Positions 13,150 through 26,930 of a DNA stretch of 64,000 bases are shown here, one piece after another (position 1 is the stretch's first letter; every line of letters starts with the position of its first letter). The notes beneath the pieces are model-generated. The model saw only the letters and a list, made by a program, of their open reading frames with translations. It made no database searches and was not told where the DNA came from. Source of the stretch: Felis catus (Eukaryota); the NCBI RefSeq assembly GCF_018350175.1, contig NC_058368.1, positions 101,310,001 through 101,374,000 of the forward strand, in the 5' to 3' direction. A program made the translations under genes and the position numbers.

Positions 13150-14540
13150 TTTAAGTTTAACAACTTTATCAAGACATGTTGAGGGACCCCTGGGTGGCTC
13201 AATCATTTGAGCATCTGACTCTTGATTTCAGCTCAGGTCATGATCTCACAGTTTTGTGAGTTCGAGCCCCACATTGGGCTCTGTGCTGGCCGTGCACAGA
13301 ACCTGTTTGGGATTCTCTCTCCCCCTCTCTCTCTGCCCCTCACCCACTTCCTCTGTCTTTATCTCTCTCAAAATAAATAAATAAACTTAAAAAGATAAAA
13401 ATAAAATAAACTTAAAAAAAGACATATAAAAGTGTGTACTTAAAGCATACAATCAGAAAAGTTTTGATATGTATAAATCTGTGACACCATCACGTCAAAA
13501 TAATGATTGTATCCAATACTACAAAAAGTTTCCTTGTAGCCCTTTGTTTTGTTTGTTGTTAAGTAATCTCCACCCCCAAACTGGAATTTACAGCCCTGAG
13601 ATCAGGAGTCACATGCTCTACTGACTGAGCCAGCCAGACGCTCCTTCTTGTACTACTTTGTAATTCCTCTGTGCTGCCCCTTCCTGTCCCTTGCACCCCA
13701 GTACTTATGGATCTGCTTTCTGTGACTGTAGATGAATCTTTGCTTTCCAGAACTCTCTATAAATATAGACATAACCTGTGGGCTCCTTTTTTGTTGCATT
13801 TCTTATACTCTCTGAATATACTTTTGATAATTATTTCGAGATTCATCCTTGTTCCTTGTATCAGGAAACTGATGATTGTGGAGTAGTGTTCCATTGGATA
13901 GCTATGCCCGTTTGCTCGTTCTGTTGACGAACATTCAATCTGCTTCCCATCTGGCTACAAATAACGGTCCTATGAACATTCATGTACAAGTCTTTGTGGG
14001 ACATATGTTTTATTTCACCTAGGAGAAGAATGGGCAATCTATTGAGTCCGTTGAATTTTAGTCGTTCTAATTGTTGTGTACTAGTAGCTCACTATGGTTT
14101 TAATTTCCATTTTCATACTTAATAATAATGAACCTCTTTGTATTCACTTATTGGACATTCATAGATCTTTCTGAGTGAGCATTTGTTCAGATGTCTTATC
14201 TTTCTAAAAACTGAGTTTCTTATCGACTTGTAAGAGCTGTTTATATGTTCTAAATACACACTCTGATTCAGATACACGATTTGCAAGTGTTTTCCTCCAA
14301 GTTGTGGCTTTTTTTTCCTATCATTCTCTAATCAGTGTTTTTGAAGAACAGGGTTATTCATTTTGATGAAGTTCTAATACCAATTTATTCTTTTATGGAT
14401 TGTGCTTTTGATGTTATATGTAAGAAATCTTTGTCTAACTAAAAACGACAAAAGTATTCTCCCATGTTTTCTTTGAGAAGTTTTATAGTCGTAGATTTTA
14501 CATTTAGATCTACAAACCATTTTGAGTTAAATTTTTGGAC
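13150..14540 (-). mobile_element. Old L1 (L1MC/MD-like) 3' part; probably resumes at ~22660-23120
   Basis: Degenerate L1 3' UTR and ORF2 C-terminal sequence ending ...ccattttgagttaaatttttg. Confidence 0.7.
13182..13420 (+). mobile_element. Can-SINE (older subfamily)
   Basis: Head with ctcttgatttcagctcagg, A-rich tail. Confidence 0.9.
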
Positions 14541-14544
14541 TTTT

Positions 14545-15645
14545 CTACTTCATCGAGATGTAATTCACATATAACCCATTGTGTAAGTTTAAGGTAACAT
14601 AATGATTTGATAGACATATGTATATTGCAAAATGATTGCCACAAGAGGATTAGTGAACACATCCATCACTTTCATGTAATGATTTTTTGCGTGTGGTGAG
14701 AACTTTTAAAATCTACTCTTCGAAACTTTCAAATACACCATGCGCTGTCGTTAACTGGTCACCATGCTGTACATTACATCCCCAGGACTCACCTGTCTTG
14801 TAACTGAATGTTTGTACTCTTTGACCACCTTCCCCCATTTCTACCACCCCTGGCAACCAGCGGTCTGTTTCTGTGACATCAATTTTCTTAGATTCCACAT
14901 ATAAGTCAGATAGAATACTTGTCTTTATCTGCCTGACTTACGGTACTTGGCATAATAACCTCACGTTTCATTCATGTTGCTGCAAACGGCAGAATTTCCT
15001 TCCTTTTTATGGCTAAGTAATCTTCATCTGTTGATGGACACTTAGGTTGCTTCCATGCATTAGCTATTGTAATGTTGCCATGAATATTCAGGGTTTTTTT
15101 CTTCGAGCTAGGGATTTCATTTTTGTTGAGTATGTACCCAGAAATGGAACGCTGGCTCCTATGGTAGTTCTGGTTTTCATTTTTTTCAGGAACCTCCTTA
15201 GTGTTTTCCATAGTGGCTGCACTGATTTATGTTCCCACCACAGAGCACGAGGGTTCCCTTTTCTCCACATTGTCACCAACATCTGGTATCTCACCTTTTT
15301 TTTTTTTAAGTTTGTTTATTTATATTGAGAGAAAGAGAGCGGGGGAGCGGAGGCAGAGAGAGAGAGGGAGAGAGAGAATCCCAAGCAGGCTCCATGCTGT
15401 CAGCGCCCAGGCATCACAAGTACCTCTCCTTTTTGATACCAGCCATTGTGACCGGTGTGAGACGATAGATCATTGTTTATCTATCACTGATTTACATTTC
15501 ACTAATGATTAGTGATGTTGAGCACCTCTTGGCCATTTATAGGTCTTCTTTGGAAAAGTGTCTATTCAGGTCCTTTTCTTGTTTTTAAATTGGATTACTT
15601 GCAGGGGTTTTGCTATTGAGTCATGTTCCTTATATATTTTTGGGT
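14545..15645 (-). mobile_element. L1MA9-like 3' fragment with internal partial SINE (~15296-15415)
   Basis: gtggtgagaacttttaaaatctactct and accatgctgtacattacatcccca motifs; ORF2 C-terminal remnants (WKQPKCPSTD). Confidence 0.75.
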
Positions 15646-16779
15646 ATATATTTTTTATTAAAGTATAGTTGACACACAGTATTTCATTTCAGTTGTACAG
15701 CCTACTGATTCCACAAGTCTATACCTTATTCTCTGCTTTCTACAAGTATAGCTACCATCTCTCGCGATACAACACTATGGCAGTACCTTTTACTGTATTC
15801 CCTATGCTATTCCCTTCCTCCCTGCTACTTATTCATTCCATAACTGAAAGCCTGTACCTCCGACTCCCCATCACCCATTTTGCCCACTGTCCCCATTCCT
15901 CTGGTACCCTTCAGTTTGTTCTCTGTATTTGTAGGTCTGTTTCTGTTTTTTGTTTGTTAGATTTGACAAATAAGCAAAATGATATGGTCTATGTCTGTCT
16001 GACTTATCTCCTTTAACATGATACCCACTGGGTCCATCCATGTTGTTGCAAATGACAAAATCTCATTCTTCTTGATGACTGAGTAATATTCCAGAGAGCA
16101 TGTATACAACACGTCTTTACCCATCATCTATGGATGGACACTTAGGTTGCTCCCTTATCTCGACTTCTGTAACAGTGCTGCAAGAAAAGTAAGAGTACCT
16201 AAATCTTTTCAAATTAGTGTTTTTGTTGGCTAAATACACACTGGTGGAATTACTGGATCATATGGTATTTCTGATTTTAGTTTTTGAGAAACCTCCATCT
16301 TGTTTTTTCCACAGTGACTTCACGATATACATTTTCCGTGAATGAGGGTTCCTTCTTGCCCTCATCCTCACCAACACTTGTTATGTCTTGTCTTTTTCAT
16401 CCTAGCCATTCTCACATGGGTACGGTGGTATCTCATTATGGTTTTGATTTCCATTTCTCTAATGATTAGAGACGTTAAGCACCTTTGCATTCATCTGTTG
16501 GACACATGTATGACTTTTTTGGAAAAATGTCTATTCAGGTCCACTACTCATTTTAAAATTGGATTCTTTTTATTGTTTGCTGTTGAGCTATATAAGTTCT
16601 TTTTTATATTTTGGATGTTACCCTTTTATCTTGGAAATATCTTCTCCCATTTAGTAGGCTGCCATTTCATTTTGTTGATGGTTTCCTTTGCTGTGCTGGA
16701 GCTTTTTATTTTGATGCAGGCCCAATAGTTTTACTTTTGTTTCCCTTACCTGAGAAGACCAATCTAGAAAAATGTTGCA

Positions 16780-16976
16780 GGGCACCTTGGTGGCTGAGTC
16801 AGTTAAGTGTCAAACTCTCAATTTCGGCTCAGGTCATGATCTCACAGTTCATGAGTTCGAGCCCCTCACTGTCAGTGCAGACCCTATTTGGGATTCTCTC
16901 TGTCCCTCTGCACTTCCCCTACTCACGTGCTCTCTTTCTCTCTCTCTCTCTCTCTCAAAATAATAAACTTTAAAAA
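16780..16976 (+). mobile_element. Can-SINE inside L1
   Basis: TSD ctagaaaaatgttgc at 16764-16778 and 16977-16991. Confidence 0.92.
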
Positions 16977-18348
16977 CTAGAAAAATGTTGCTAAGATCAT
17001 TGTCACACAGATTACTGAGTTTTTTTTTTCCTAGGAATTGTATATTTCAGGTCTCACATTTAGGTCTTTAAATCCGTTTTGAATTTACTTTTGTGTATGG
17101 TGTGAGAAAGTGGTCCAGTTTCATTCTTATGCATGTAGTTGTCCACTGTTTGCATTATTTGTTGAGGAGACATCTTTTCCCATTGCTTGTTTTTGCCTCC
17201 TTTTTTAAGATTAATTGAACCTAAAATTGTTGGTTTATTTGTGGGCTATTTTGTTCTTTTGATCTATGTGTCTATTTTGGTGCCAGTACCATACTGTTTT
17301 AATTATTATAACTTGGTAGTACATCTTGAAATACAGGATTTTGGTACCTCTAGTTTCATTCTTTTTTCCTCAAATTCGGCTTGGCTCTGAAGAGTCTTAT
17401 GTGGTTCCATGCATATTTTACTTTTACTTGTTTTAGTTCTGTGAAAAATGGTGTTGGTGTTTTGGTAAAGATTGCATTGAATCTGTAAATTGATCTGGGT
17501 AGTATGGATATTTTAATAATATAAACTTTTCCAGTCCGTGAGCATAGTATGTCTTTGCATTTGAGTCATGTTCAATTGCTTTCATCAGGGTTTTATCATG
17601 TTCACAGTACAGGTCTTGGACCTCCATGGTTAAGTTTATGCCTAGGTATTTTATTATTTTTGGTGCAATTATAAATGAGATTGTTTTCTTAGTGTCTCCT
17701 TCTGCCACATTGTTGTTAGGGTACAGAATCAGAACAGATTATTTCTGTATGTTAATTTTGTACCCTGAAACTATACTGAATTTATTTTAATAGTTTTCTG
17801 GTGGCATCTTTAGGGTTTTGTATGTATTGTATCATGTCATCCACAAATACTGAGTTTTACTTCTTCCTTACCAATTTGGGTGCCTTTTGTTGCTTGTTTG
17901 ATGGCTATGGCTACGGCTTCCAGTACTATGTTGAGTACAAGTGGCAAATGCCTTAATTCCTCACCTTAGAGGGAAAGCTCTCTGTTTTTCATCATTGAGT
18001 GTGATGTTAGCTTTGGGTTTTCATATATGACCTTAATTATGTTGACATATGTTCCCTGTAAGCTCACTTAGTTGAGAGTTTTTATTCTGAAAAGATGTTG
18101 AATTTAGTTCAGTGAATTTTCTATATTATTTGTCATGATCATATGATTTTTGTGCTTCATTTTGTTAATGTCATGTATAACATTGATTGACTTGTGAATA
18201 TTGAACCATCTTTGCATCCCAGAAATAAATCTCACTTGATTGTGGGGAATGATCCCTTTAATGTATTTTTGAATGTAGATTGTTAATATTTTGTTGAGGA
18301 TTTTTGCATCCACATTTATCAGGGATACTGACCTGTAATTTTTCTAAC

Positions 18349-18452
18349 TTCCTTCCTTCCTCCCTCCCTTCCTCCTTCCCTCCCCTTCCTTCCTTCCTTC
18401 CTTCCTTCCTTCCTTCCTTCCTTCCTTCCTTCCTTCCTTCCTTCCTTCCTTC
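18349..18452. repeat. (TTCC)n tetranucleotide microsatellite inside L1 ORF2
   Basis: Directly visible. Confidence 0.95.
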
Positions 18453-18800
18453 ATGTGTGCATCTTTGTCTGGTTTTAGTATAATGGTAATGCTGGCCTTA
18501 TAGAATGTATTTAGAAACTTTTCTTCCTTTTCTATTTTTTGGAGTAGTTTGAGTAGAATGATTATTCACTTTTCTTTAAATGTTTGGTAGAACTCTCCTA
18601 TGAATCTATCTGGTTCTGCACTTTTGTTCTTTGGGAATTTTTGGTTACTGATTCAGTTTCTTACTAGTTTTTGCACCTTTCATAATTACTGGTTGTTCCT
18701 GATTCAGTTTTGGAAGATTGTGTGTTTCCAGGAATTTATCCACTTTTTCTAGGCTGTCCAATTTGCTTGTATATGATTTTCTGTAGTACTGATAATCCTT

Positions 18801-18804
<4 letters not shown>

Positions 18805-18844
<40 letters not shown>
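18805..18844. repeat. (TG)20 microsatellite inside L1 ORF2
   Basis: Directly visible. Confidence 0.95.
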
Positions 18845-18845
<1 letters not shown>

Positions 18846-19249
18846 TGTTGGTTATTACTTTGGTTATTACTTTTCTTCTTTCATCGCTGATTTTATTATT
18901 TGGGTCCTCTCTCATTTTTTCTTGTTGCATCTGGCCAAAGGTTTATCAGTTATGTTTATCTTTTGAAAGAACCAGTTCTTGGCTTCACTGATCTTTTCTA
19001 CTGTTTTTTAAGTTTCTAATTTATTTGTGCTCTGATCTTTATTCTTTCTTTCTTTCTAGTAACTTTGGATTTTATTTGTTCTTTTCTAGGTCCTTTAGGT
19101 GTACAGTTAGATTGTGTACTTGTGATTTTTCCTGTTTCTTGTGTCACTGTGAATTTCCCACTTAGCACAGGTTTTGCTGGATCCAAAAGATTTTGGACTC
19201 TTGTGTTTCCATTTTCACTTATCCTCATATATGTATGTATATATGTATT

Positions 19250-19443
19250 AAGGATGTTTTATTCTTTATATTTAGAGAACAAGTGGATGAGCAGGGGAGA
19301 GGGGCAGAGGGAGACAGAATCTTAAGCAGGCTCCACACTCAGTGCAGAACCCTTTGCAGGGCTCGATCCCACAACCCTGGGATCATGAGCCAAGCCAAAA
19401 TCAAGAATCTGACGCTCAATGAACTGATTCACCCAGGCACCCC
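19250..19443 (-). mobile_element. Older Can-SINE inside L1
   Basis: Diverged reverse SINE ending cacccaggcacccc. Confidence 0.85.
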
Positions 19444-21375
19444 ATCTTTGTTGTTTTTTAAATTTCCTCTTTGCTTTTTTGTTGGTCCATTGGGTCTTTA
19501 GGAGCATGTTGTTTAGCTTCCATGTGTTTGTAGTTCTTCAACTTTTGTTTTTCCTTGTAATTCATTTCTAATTTTATAGTGCTGTAGTTGGAAAAGATGC
19601 ACGATACAATTTCAGTCTTCTTAAATATATGAAGACTCTTTGTGGTCTCACATGTGATCTACCCTGGAGAATGTTCTTTGTGTACTTGAAAAAACATGTA
19701 TTCTATTGTTTTGGGATGGAATGTTTTATATCCATCTGTTAAATGCAGCTGGTATAATATGATGTTCAAGGATACTGTTCAATTTTCTGCCTGCAGGTCC
19801 TATCCTTCGATGTAAGTGGGGTGTTCAAGACCTCTAACTGTGAGTATATTACTGTCAGTTTTTCCCTTCATGTCTGTTAATATTTGCTTTATGTTTTGGG
19901 TGCTTCATTGTTGGGTCCATAGATAATTACAATTATTACACCCTTTGGTTTAATTGACCCCTTATCATTATGTAATGCATGTCTTTGTTTTAAAGTCCAT
20001 TTTGTGTAAAATAAGTATTATTACCATGGCTTTTTTTTTTTTTTTTTGCTTCCATTTGCATGGAATATCTTTTTCCATCCCTTTATTTTCAGTGTATATG
20101 TGTCCTTAGGTCTGAAGTGAGTCCGGTAGGTAACACAGAGTCTTGATTTTTAAATCCATTTAGTTACCCCAAATGTTTTTTCATTGGAGCATTTAGACCA
20201 TTTACATTTAGAGCATTTGCCATTTTGCGAATTGTTTTCTGATTGTTTTTGTAATTCTTCTGTGTTCATTTTCTTGCTCTAGCTTTGTGATAAATGACTA
20301 TCTTTAGGGTTACACTTGACTTTCTGAGTTTGTGTATTGATTACAGGTTTCTGACCTATGGTTACCACAAAGTTCATATATAACATCCTAAGTATATAGC
20401 AGTTTATATTAAGTTGACGGTCACTTAAGTTTGAACATGTTCTAAGAGAATTTCATTTTTACTCCTCCACGTTTTATGTATAGATTGTCTTTTTTCCTAC
20501 ATCTTTGTATTTTGTGAGTTCCTTAACTAATTTTTTAGGTATAAATGATTTTACTACTTTTGTCTTTTAACGTTTATACTTGTTTTCTAAGTGATTGCTT
20601 TACTACTTTTATTGTATATTTGCTTTTACTGATAAAATTTTTTAGTTGTATAATTTTCTGGTAATTATGGCCTTTTCTTTTCCCATTAAAGAACTCCCTT
20701 TAATAATTCTTGTAAGACCAGTTGAATGGTGAACATCTCCTTTAACTTTTCATGGTCTAAGGAAACCCTTTCTCTCCTTCAATTCTGAATGATAACCTTG
20801 TTGAGTACAGTATTCTTGGTTGTTGGTTTTTCCCTTTCAGCACTTTGAGTATCTTGTGTCACTCCACTGAGGCCTGCAGAGTTGCTGCTGAGAAATCAGC
20901 TGATAGTCTTATAGGGTTTCCCTAGCCCTTCCCCAAGAGCTTCTTTCTTTGTTGCTTTTTAAATTCTGTTTACCGTTAATCTTTGGCATTTCAAATCTGA
21001 GTCATGGTGTGGACCTTCTTGGGTTCCTTGTTTCGTACCCTCATGCTTCCTGAACATGGATGTCTGTTTCCTTTCCCAGGTTCAATAAGTTTTCAGCTGT
21101 TGTTTCTTAAAATTAGTTTCATGCCCCTTTCTCTGTCTCTTCTCCTTCTGGAATTCCTGTAATGTCAATGTTTATTCAATTGATGTTGTCCAAGAGATTC
21201 TTAACCCATCCTAGTTATTTTTCCCCCCTCTTTGCTGTAAGCTTGGGTGCTTTCCATAAGCCTATCTTCCAGATTGCAGATCCGTTCTTGTGCATCCTCT
21301 ACTCTGCTATTGATTCCCTCTGCTGTATTTTTCATTTTAGTTATTGTATTCTTCAACTTTGGTTATCTTTAACAT

Positions 21376-21599
21376 ATTTTTTTAAATTTTTTAAAATGTT
21401 TTTATTTATTTTTGAGACAGAGAGAGACAGAGCATGAGCAGGGGAGGGGCAGAGAGAGAGGGAGAAACAGAATCCGAAGCAGGCTCAAGGCTCCGAGCTG
21501 TCAGCACAGAGCCTGACACAGGGCTCGAACTCACAGACTGTGAGATCATGACCTGAGCTGAAGTCGGACGCCCAACCGACTGAGCCACCCAGGCACCCC
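21376..21599 (-). mobile_element. Can-SINE inside L1 ORF1
   Basis: Reverse SINE; TSD aa(c/t)atatttttt. Confidence 0.92.
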
Positions 21600-24469
21600 A
21601 ATATATTTTTTAATCTCTTTGTTGAAGTTCTTATTTCATCTAGCTGTTCTCTGTAGTTCATCCTCTCTTCTCTCCACCCTGGTGAGCATCTTCATGACCA
21701 TTACTTTGGACTATTTATTAGGTAGATTGGTTGCCTCTGTTCCTTTAGTTGTTTAGTTGTTTTTCTGTTCCAACCTGTTTGTTGGGCACAGGTTCTGTTG
21801 TGTCCTCATTTTGCTTGACTTCCTGTGTGTATTTCTGTGAATTAGGAAGAACAGCTACTGTCCTAAACTTAGAGGAATGCCCGTGTATGATGGTCCCCTG
21901 TGTAGATTGTGTGCCTCGTGACTGTAGCTGGCCATTTGGAGCTGTGGCTGCTGTGGGCTGGGAGTCCTGGGGTACTCCATGCTGGGGCTGTTCTGGTGGG
22001 ATGACTGGAGATGTGGAGGCGCATGGGCCAGGGCCTTCCTGGGGCTGTCTGCACAAAAGACACTCTGGCAGGACAGCTGAAGCTGGAGTGCAGGCTGTGG
22101 TGTCCTGGGGTGCTCAGTTCAGGGCGTACCCCGGCAGGGGGACTGGAGCCAGGGTGAGCACTGTAATGAGCACTGACCAGTGGCGCTTAAGTGTTCACCA
22201 TGCTGAGGTCGCCTTGGTGGGATGGCTCGGGTTGGGGCAGGCTGGGGGCTTGGGATTTACCGAGGTGGCAGGCCAGCCTGGGCTCGCAGACCCCACTCTC
22301 CTCCACTCTCAAGGTGGAGGGGGAAAGGAAGCCCCTCTGATCCAGAGAGTTCCAACAGCTCCTCAGGGCTAGTTCTTTTATATTCCAGTTACCCTGTGAA
22401 ACCAGGGCTCTTTCTCCTGTGCCCCAGGGCAAACAGTTCTGCTCTGAGTCTCAAAGTACCATCCCTCCTTACTGCGCTTTGCAGCATCAGGGTGGGTGTT
22501 CTCGCAACTGTGTCTCCAGCTCTCCTGCAGTTCTCTGCGGGGTCTGTCTTTTGTCGTTTGGAAGCTGTTCAGTCTGTTCTTCTTCAGGAGGAATTCCTCT
22601 ACAATAAATATGTGTACGTTTGGTGCCTTGGTGGAGGAGGTGAGTTCAGGGTCTTCTCTGCATTTCAATGTAAATTTTAGATTCACTGTCTCAATTTCAA
22701 CAATAACAAAAGAACCATGATGGGATTTTTATAGGAATTATGCTAAACGTGTAGATCAACTGGGGGAGAGTGACGCCTCAGCAATACAGACTCTTCTGAC
22801 CTAAGTGGACGCCATGTTTCTTTACTTAGGTTGTCTCAGTGGTGTTTTAGTTGTACCTATGTAGGTCTTTCAAATGTGTGTCCCATTTATACCTAAGTGT
22901 TGCATATTTTTATGCTGTGGGGATTGTTTGCTGGTAGTATATACAGATACAACTGATGTTTGTAGATTTTTACGTGTTGATCTTCGATTGTCCAACCTTG
23001 CAAAACCGTCTTAGTAGTCCTGGTGGTAGTTTTGTAGATTCCTTTGGATTTTTTTTTAAGGTAATCAGTTACATCATCTGTAAACAGATACTCATACCTT
23101 TATAATTTGGATGCCTTTCTTTTTCTTCCCAGTTTGAGTTATAATCGACAAAATCGTATCCAAGGTATACAGGGTAATGATTTGATAGGTACATACACTG
23201 TGAAGTGATTACCATAATCAATCCATCGCCTCACATAGTTATCGTGTGTACGTGAGTGTGTGTGCGGTAAGAATGTTGAAGATCTGCTATTTGAGCAACT
23301 TTCAAGTATACAGTAGAGTATTAACTATCTGTTTTTTTCACATAGTTCCCTCTGAAGTTTCAATGTGACTAGCAGCTAAGCTGATGTAGTTTGACTAAAC
23401 TGAGCATGTATTTCGAACAGCTCTGATATTACCCTTGGTATCCAAATACTCTTAATCTGAGAAAAGTCCCCTTTGCCATAAAATCAATAAGCATTAGTAG
23501 AGCTTTTATTAACAATCCTGTGATTGGAAGTTTTGGTTAACTTCACTAGCCAGGATGCAGAGTCATCATAGGAAAGGTAGAACAGTGAGTGCAGACAAGG
23601 CTCAAGAACATAATGCAGAACTGGTCTTCTGTCCGTTCTTGGCTGTTGATTGGTAAAGGGAATAGAGGCCCACTGTCCCCTCCACGGTTCACGAATACCC
23701 ATGAAAGGTCTAATCTCTGAGATAGAACAGGAAGAACAATGTTAGGAATTTATATGTAACTGAATAGAGTATTATACTAAACGAAGGATTCCCAGTTTAC
23801 AAATGCCTATGTAAACGTAATAACGTACAGATACACAAATATAAGAAAATATAAATATACATAATCACGATGACTACCTCAGTTCATCTGATCTCAGTAG
23901 AAGGCGCAGATTATTCTCTTTGGTAGAAGGACACGCCACCGGGACTTGCTCAGCTCATACGCACCCTGAAGGCAGTGGCACGGACACGGCAAATTTCACG
24001 TGGGGCTTCAGGCAACAACAGACTAGGCTGCCATTTGCTCCTCCTGCGTCTGCGCGTCTGGGTCTGTGTGTTGGATTCCAGACATCTCCCTGTAGATCTG
24101 GACAAGGACACTGAGGTTCAAATGAATAAAAGAGCCAGCAGAACCACTGGCCACCTTGTAGACCTGAGAACGAACAAAGGTCGACCCAAGGACAAAATTG
24201 GGGCATGAACCTCTTTCTGCTCTTTCTCCTTCTCCTCTTTTCCTTTTTGTGGATTTTTAAAAGAACCTTTTAAAGACACATTTTGGGTGTCCTTTGTTCC
24301 TGGTAAACACGCACATGCAGAGAGATAACGGAGAGGAGTGTGGGTTGACAATGGATTGACGGAAGGCCGAAACTGGGCTGGCAAATATAATTTTTATTGG
24401 CAAAAGTCTGTGGTCTAAAGCATTTCTGAAGACTATTTATAAAAAGATTTCCCATTTGGTACCTTTAAA

Positions 24470-24511
24470 AACATTTTTTTTTAAATGTTTATTCATTTTT
24501 GAGAGTGGGGG

Positions 24512-24558
<47 letters not shown>

Positions 24559-24691
24559 CAGAACCTGAAGCAGACTCTAGGCTCTGAGCTGTCAGCACAA
24601 TGCCAAACGCAGGGCTGAAACCCACGGACTGTGAGATCATGACCTGAGCCAAAGTTGGACACTTAACCGACTGAACCACCCAGGAGCCCCA
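24470..24691 (-). mobile_element. Can-SINE with expanded (GA)n
   Basis: TSD ccatt(t/c)ggtaccttta at 24452-24467 and 24693-24708. Confidence 0.93.
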
Positions 24692-24936
24692 CCCATTCGG
24701 TACCTTTATTTTCTTTGGGGACATTTTACAAATTTCAGTTAGTTACCTAAATAAACTTGTGTCAGAGACCAAGAGAAGACCATTAATCTCATCTGCCAAC
24801 AATGAAGCTAAGCCAGGAACTGAAATTTCCTTCCTCAGGCAACAGTCAGGTGAAGACACCAGTCTGCAACCCTATCTCATCCAATCTAAACAGCATGACT
24901 GAAGATAGCTACTCAATATTCATGCCTCACATTCTT

Positions 24937-25166
24937 TTTTTTTTTTTTTTTAATTTTTTTTTTCAACGTTTATTTATTTTTGGGACAGAGAGAGACAGAG
25001 CATGAACGGGGAAGGGGCAGAGAGAGAGGGAGACACAGAATCGGAAACAGGCTCCAGGCTCTGAGCCATCAGTCCAGAGCCCGACGCGGGGCTCGAACTC
25101 CCGGACTGCGAGATTGTGACCTGGCTGAAGTCGGACGCCTAACCGACTGCACCACCCAGGCGCCCC
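24937..25166 (-). mobile_element. Young Can-SINE
   Basis: TSD catgcctcacattctt at 24921-24936 and 25166-25181. Confidence 0.95.
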
Positions 25167-26735
25167 ATGCCTCACATTCTTGATTTGACAGTCTGTCTTC
25201 TTCAGGGCATCCCATTTTGCACCGAATCTGAACTGAACTCAGGTAACAGATTAACGGTCTTGTTCGAAATCCCAAAGTTCTCTCAAGAAAACAGATGGAA
25301 ATGGTAGTGGCCACGTGTTGATTTTTCACATGACGGGAAGAAGTCCTACAGCTGGAACTACTCGTTCTTTAAAGCTCTGAATCCTGTTCAGTCTACTCGC
25401 TAATAGAAGAATTTGCTGAAGAAGAGCTTAAAATACTGCAAACCTACCAGGCTCAGACTCCTCAGTATGGGGTTGGCATTCACAGAAATTTATAGTAATG
25501 CCAAAGTTAAGATTTTGCAGCAATATTTCTTTTTCTCTGGCCAAGTTTTAATATAAAATGTTGAGGAAAACTCAGCATTCATCCACTGTGTCTGCATGCT
25601 TTCGACTAGTTAACATGTTAATCAAGAAAAGGATTGTGCTGTCCAACTATTAGTTTACTTGGAAAAGAAAAAATATTTGTCTATGAATTTGTGGATGAAA
25701 TGTTTCCAAAAAGAAATTATAAATGGGCCTTATTTTAGTTCTCTCCTGTTATGAATGACAGGTTTAACATTCCTAGAAACCTTAAGAATATAATGACTAC
25801 ATCTTTAAAAGCCCCTAGGGATCCCTGTGCATTAACGTATCAGTCAGTAAATTATTATCTATAAATTAATCTTTCTAAGCAGATTTCTACCCCCCTTTAA
25901 TTTGAAAGCAAAACTTGTGCGTCTCCACTTGAGCAACTTCATATCTGAAGAGCCTACATCTGTAAAAACATTTCTAATGAAAACACGAGGACAACCCCAG
26001 AGAAGCAAATAAAGTGAGATTTAAGTATATAGCAGCCTTCTTACAGTTACATTCCTAACAACAGTGGATTCGAACTTGATGCCAGATAGAGGCTATATAA
26101 TACCATCAGTATTATATTCTTTTGGTTTCAGTGAGAAATGTAAGTGCTTACACCACCCTGTCTGACTGTCTCATTTACACCAAGATAGAGGAGTCACGGC
26201 TCGGTTTCCCGAATCACGGAAGCCGAGGGAAGCAGAGAGGAGGAAGCAGGACTGCTCTCGAGCAGGGAGCAGTAAAGGGAAGGCTGGAAAGTCTGGGCTC
26301 CAATACCGATGGTACGGTTGCCAAAACACAAGTATCAAAGACGGACTTCAATTTGCACATTCTGCCGTAAGAAAAATTATTCAACCAGACTTTATTCAGC
26401 ACTCTCACACAAATTACTTCATCAGTTGGTAAGCCCAACCAGTAATAAGACTACTAAGCCTATTTTAGGCAACTAGAAATCCGCTGTGAAAAGTTCTCTC
26501 TCCAATTTGTTACGTCCGTGGTCTGGGCTATCTGCAAAATGGAATGCCAGTGTTGTTTTGTCTGGTTTTCTCTTGTTGTTGTTGTTTTTTTTTAAGACAA
26601 GACATTAGTTTTATAAAACATGAACGTAATACAAGTTTCAAGGATCCTCCAATTTACCTTTGGAAGTCAAAATGGAAACGCAGTCATTAATTTCATTAAT
26701 TTTCACTCCGGATTTTGTTAAGAAAGGTGCAACAT

Positions 26736-26930
26736 GGGGCGCCTGGGTGGCGCAGTCGGTTAAGCATCCGACTTCAGCTCAGGTCACGATCTCGTGGTTC
26801 GTGAGTTAGGGCTCTACCTCGGGCTCTGTGCTGACAGCTCAGAGCCTGGAACCTGCTTCAGATTCTCTCTGCCCCTCCTCCACTCACACTCTGTGTCTCT
26901 CTCGAAAATAAACAAACATTAAAAAAAAAA
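26736..26930 (+). mobile_element. Can-SINE
   Basis: ggggcgcctgggtggcgcagtcgg head, A tail. Confidence 0.92.

Larger units (their letters stand above)
15650..22658 (-). mobile_element. Carnivore LINE-1, nearly full length, decayed, with GC-rich 5' UTR (~21810-22658)
   Basis: ORF2 remnants ([18 protein letters not shown]), ORF1-like region ~20700-21810, 5' terminal motif ggaggaggtgagttcagggtcttc; interrupted by SINEs. Confidence 0.88.

Noticed and set aside
21745..22720. Several overlapping 100-207 aa ORFs
   Set aside because: They fall in the GC-rich L1 5' UTR, where stop codons are scarce; no evidence of a gene
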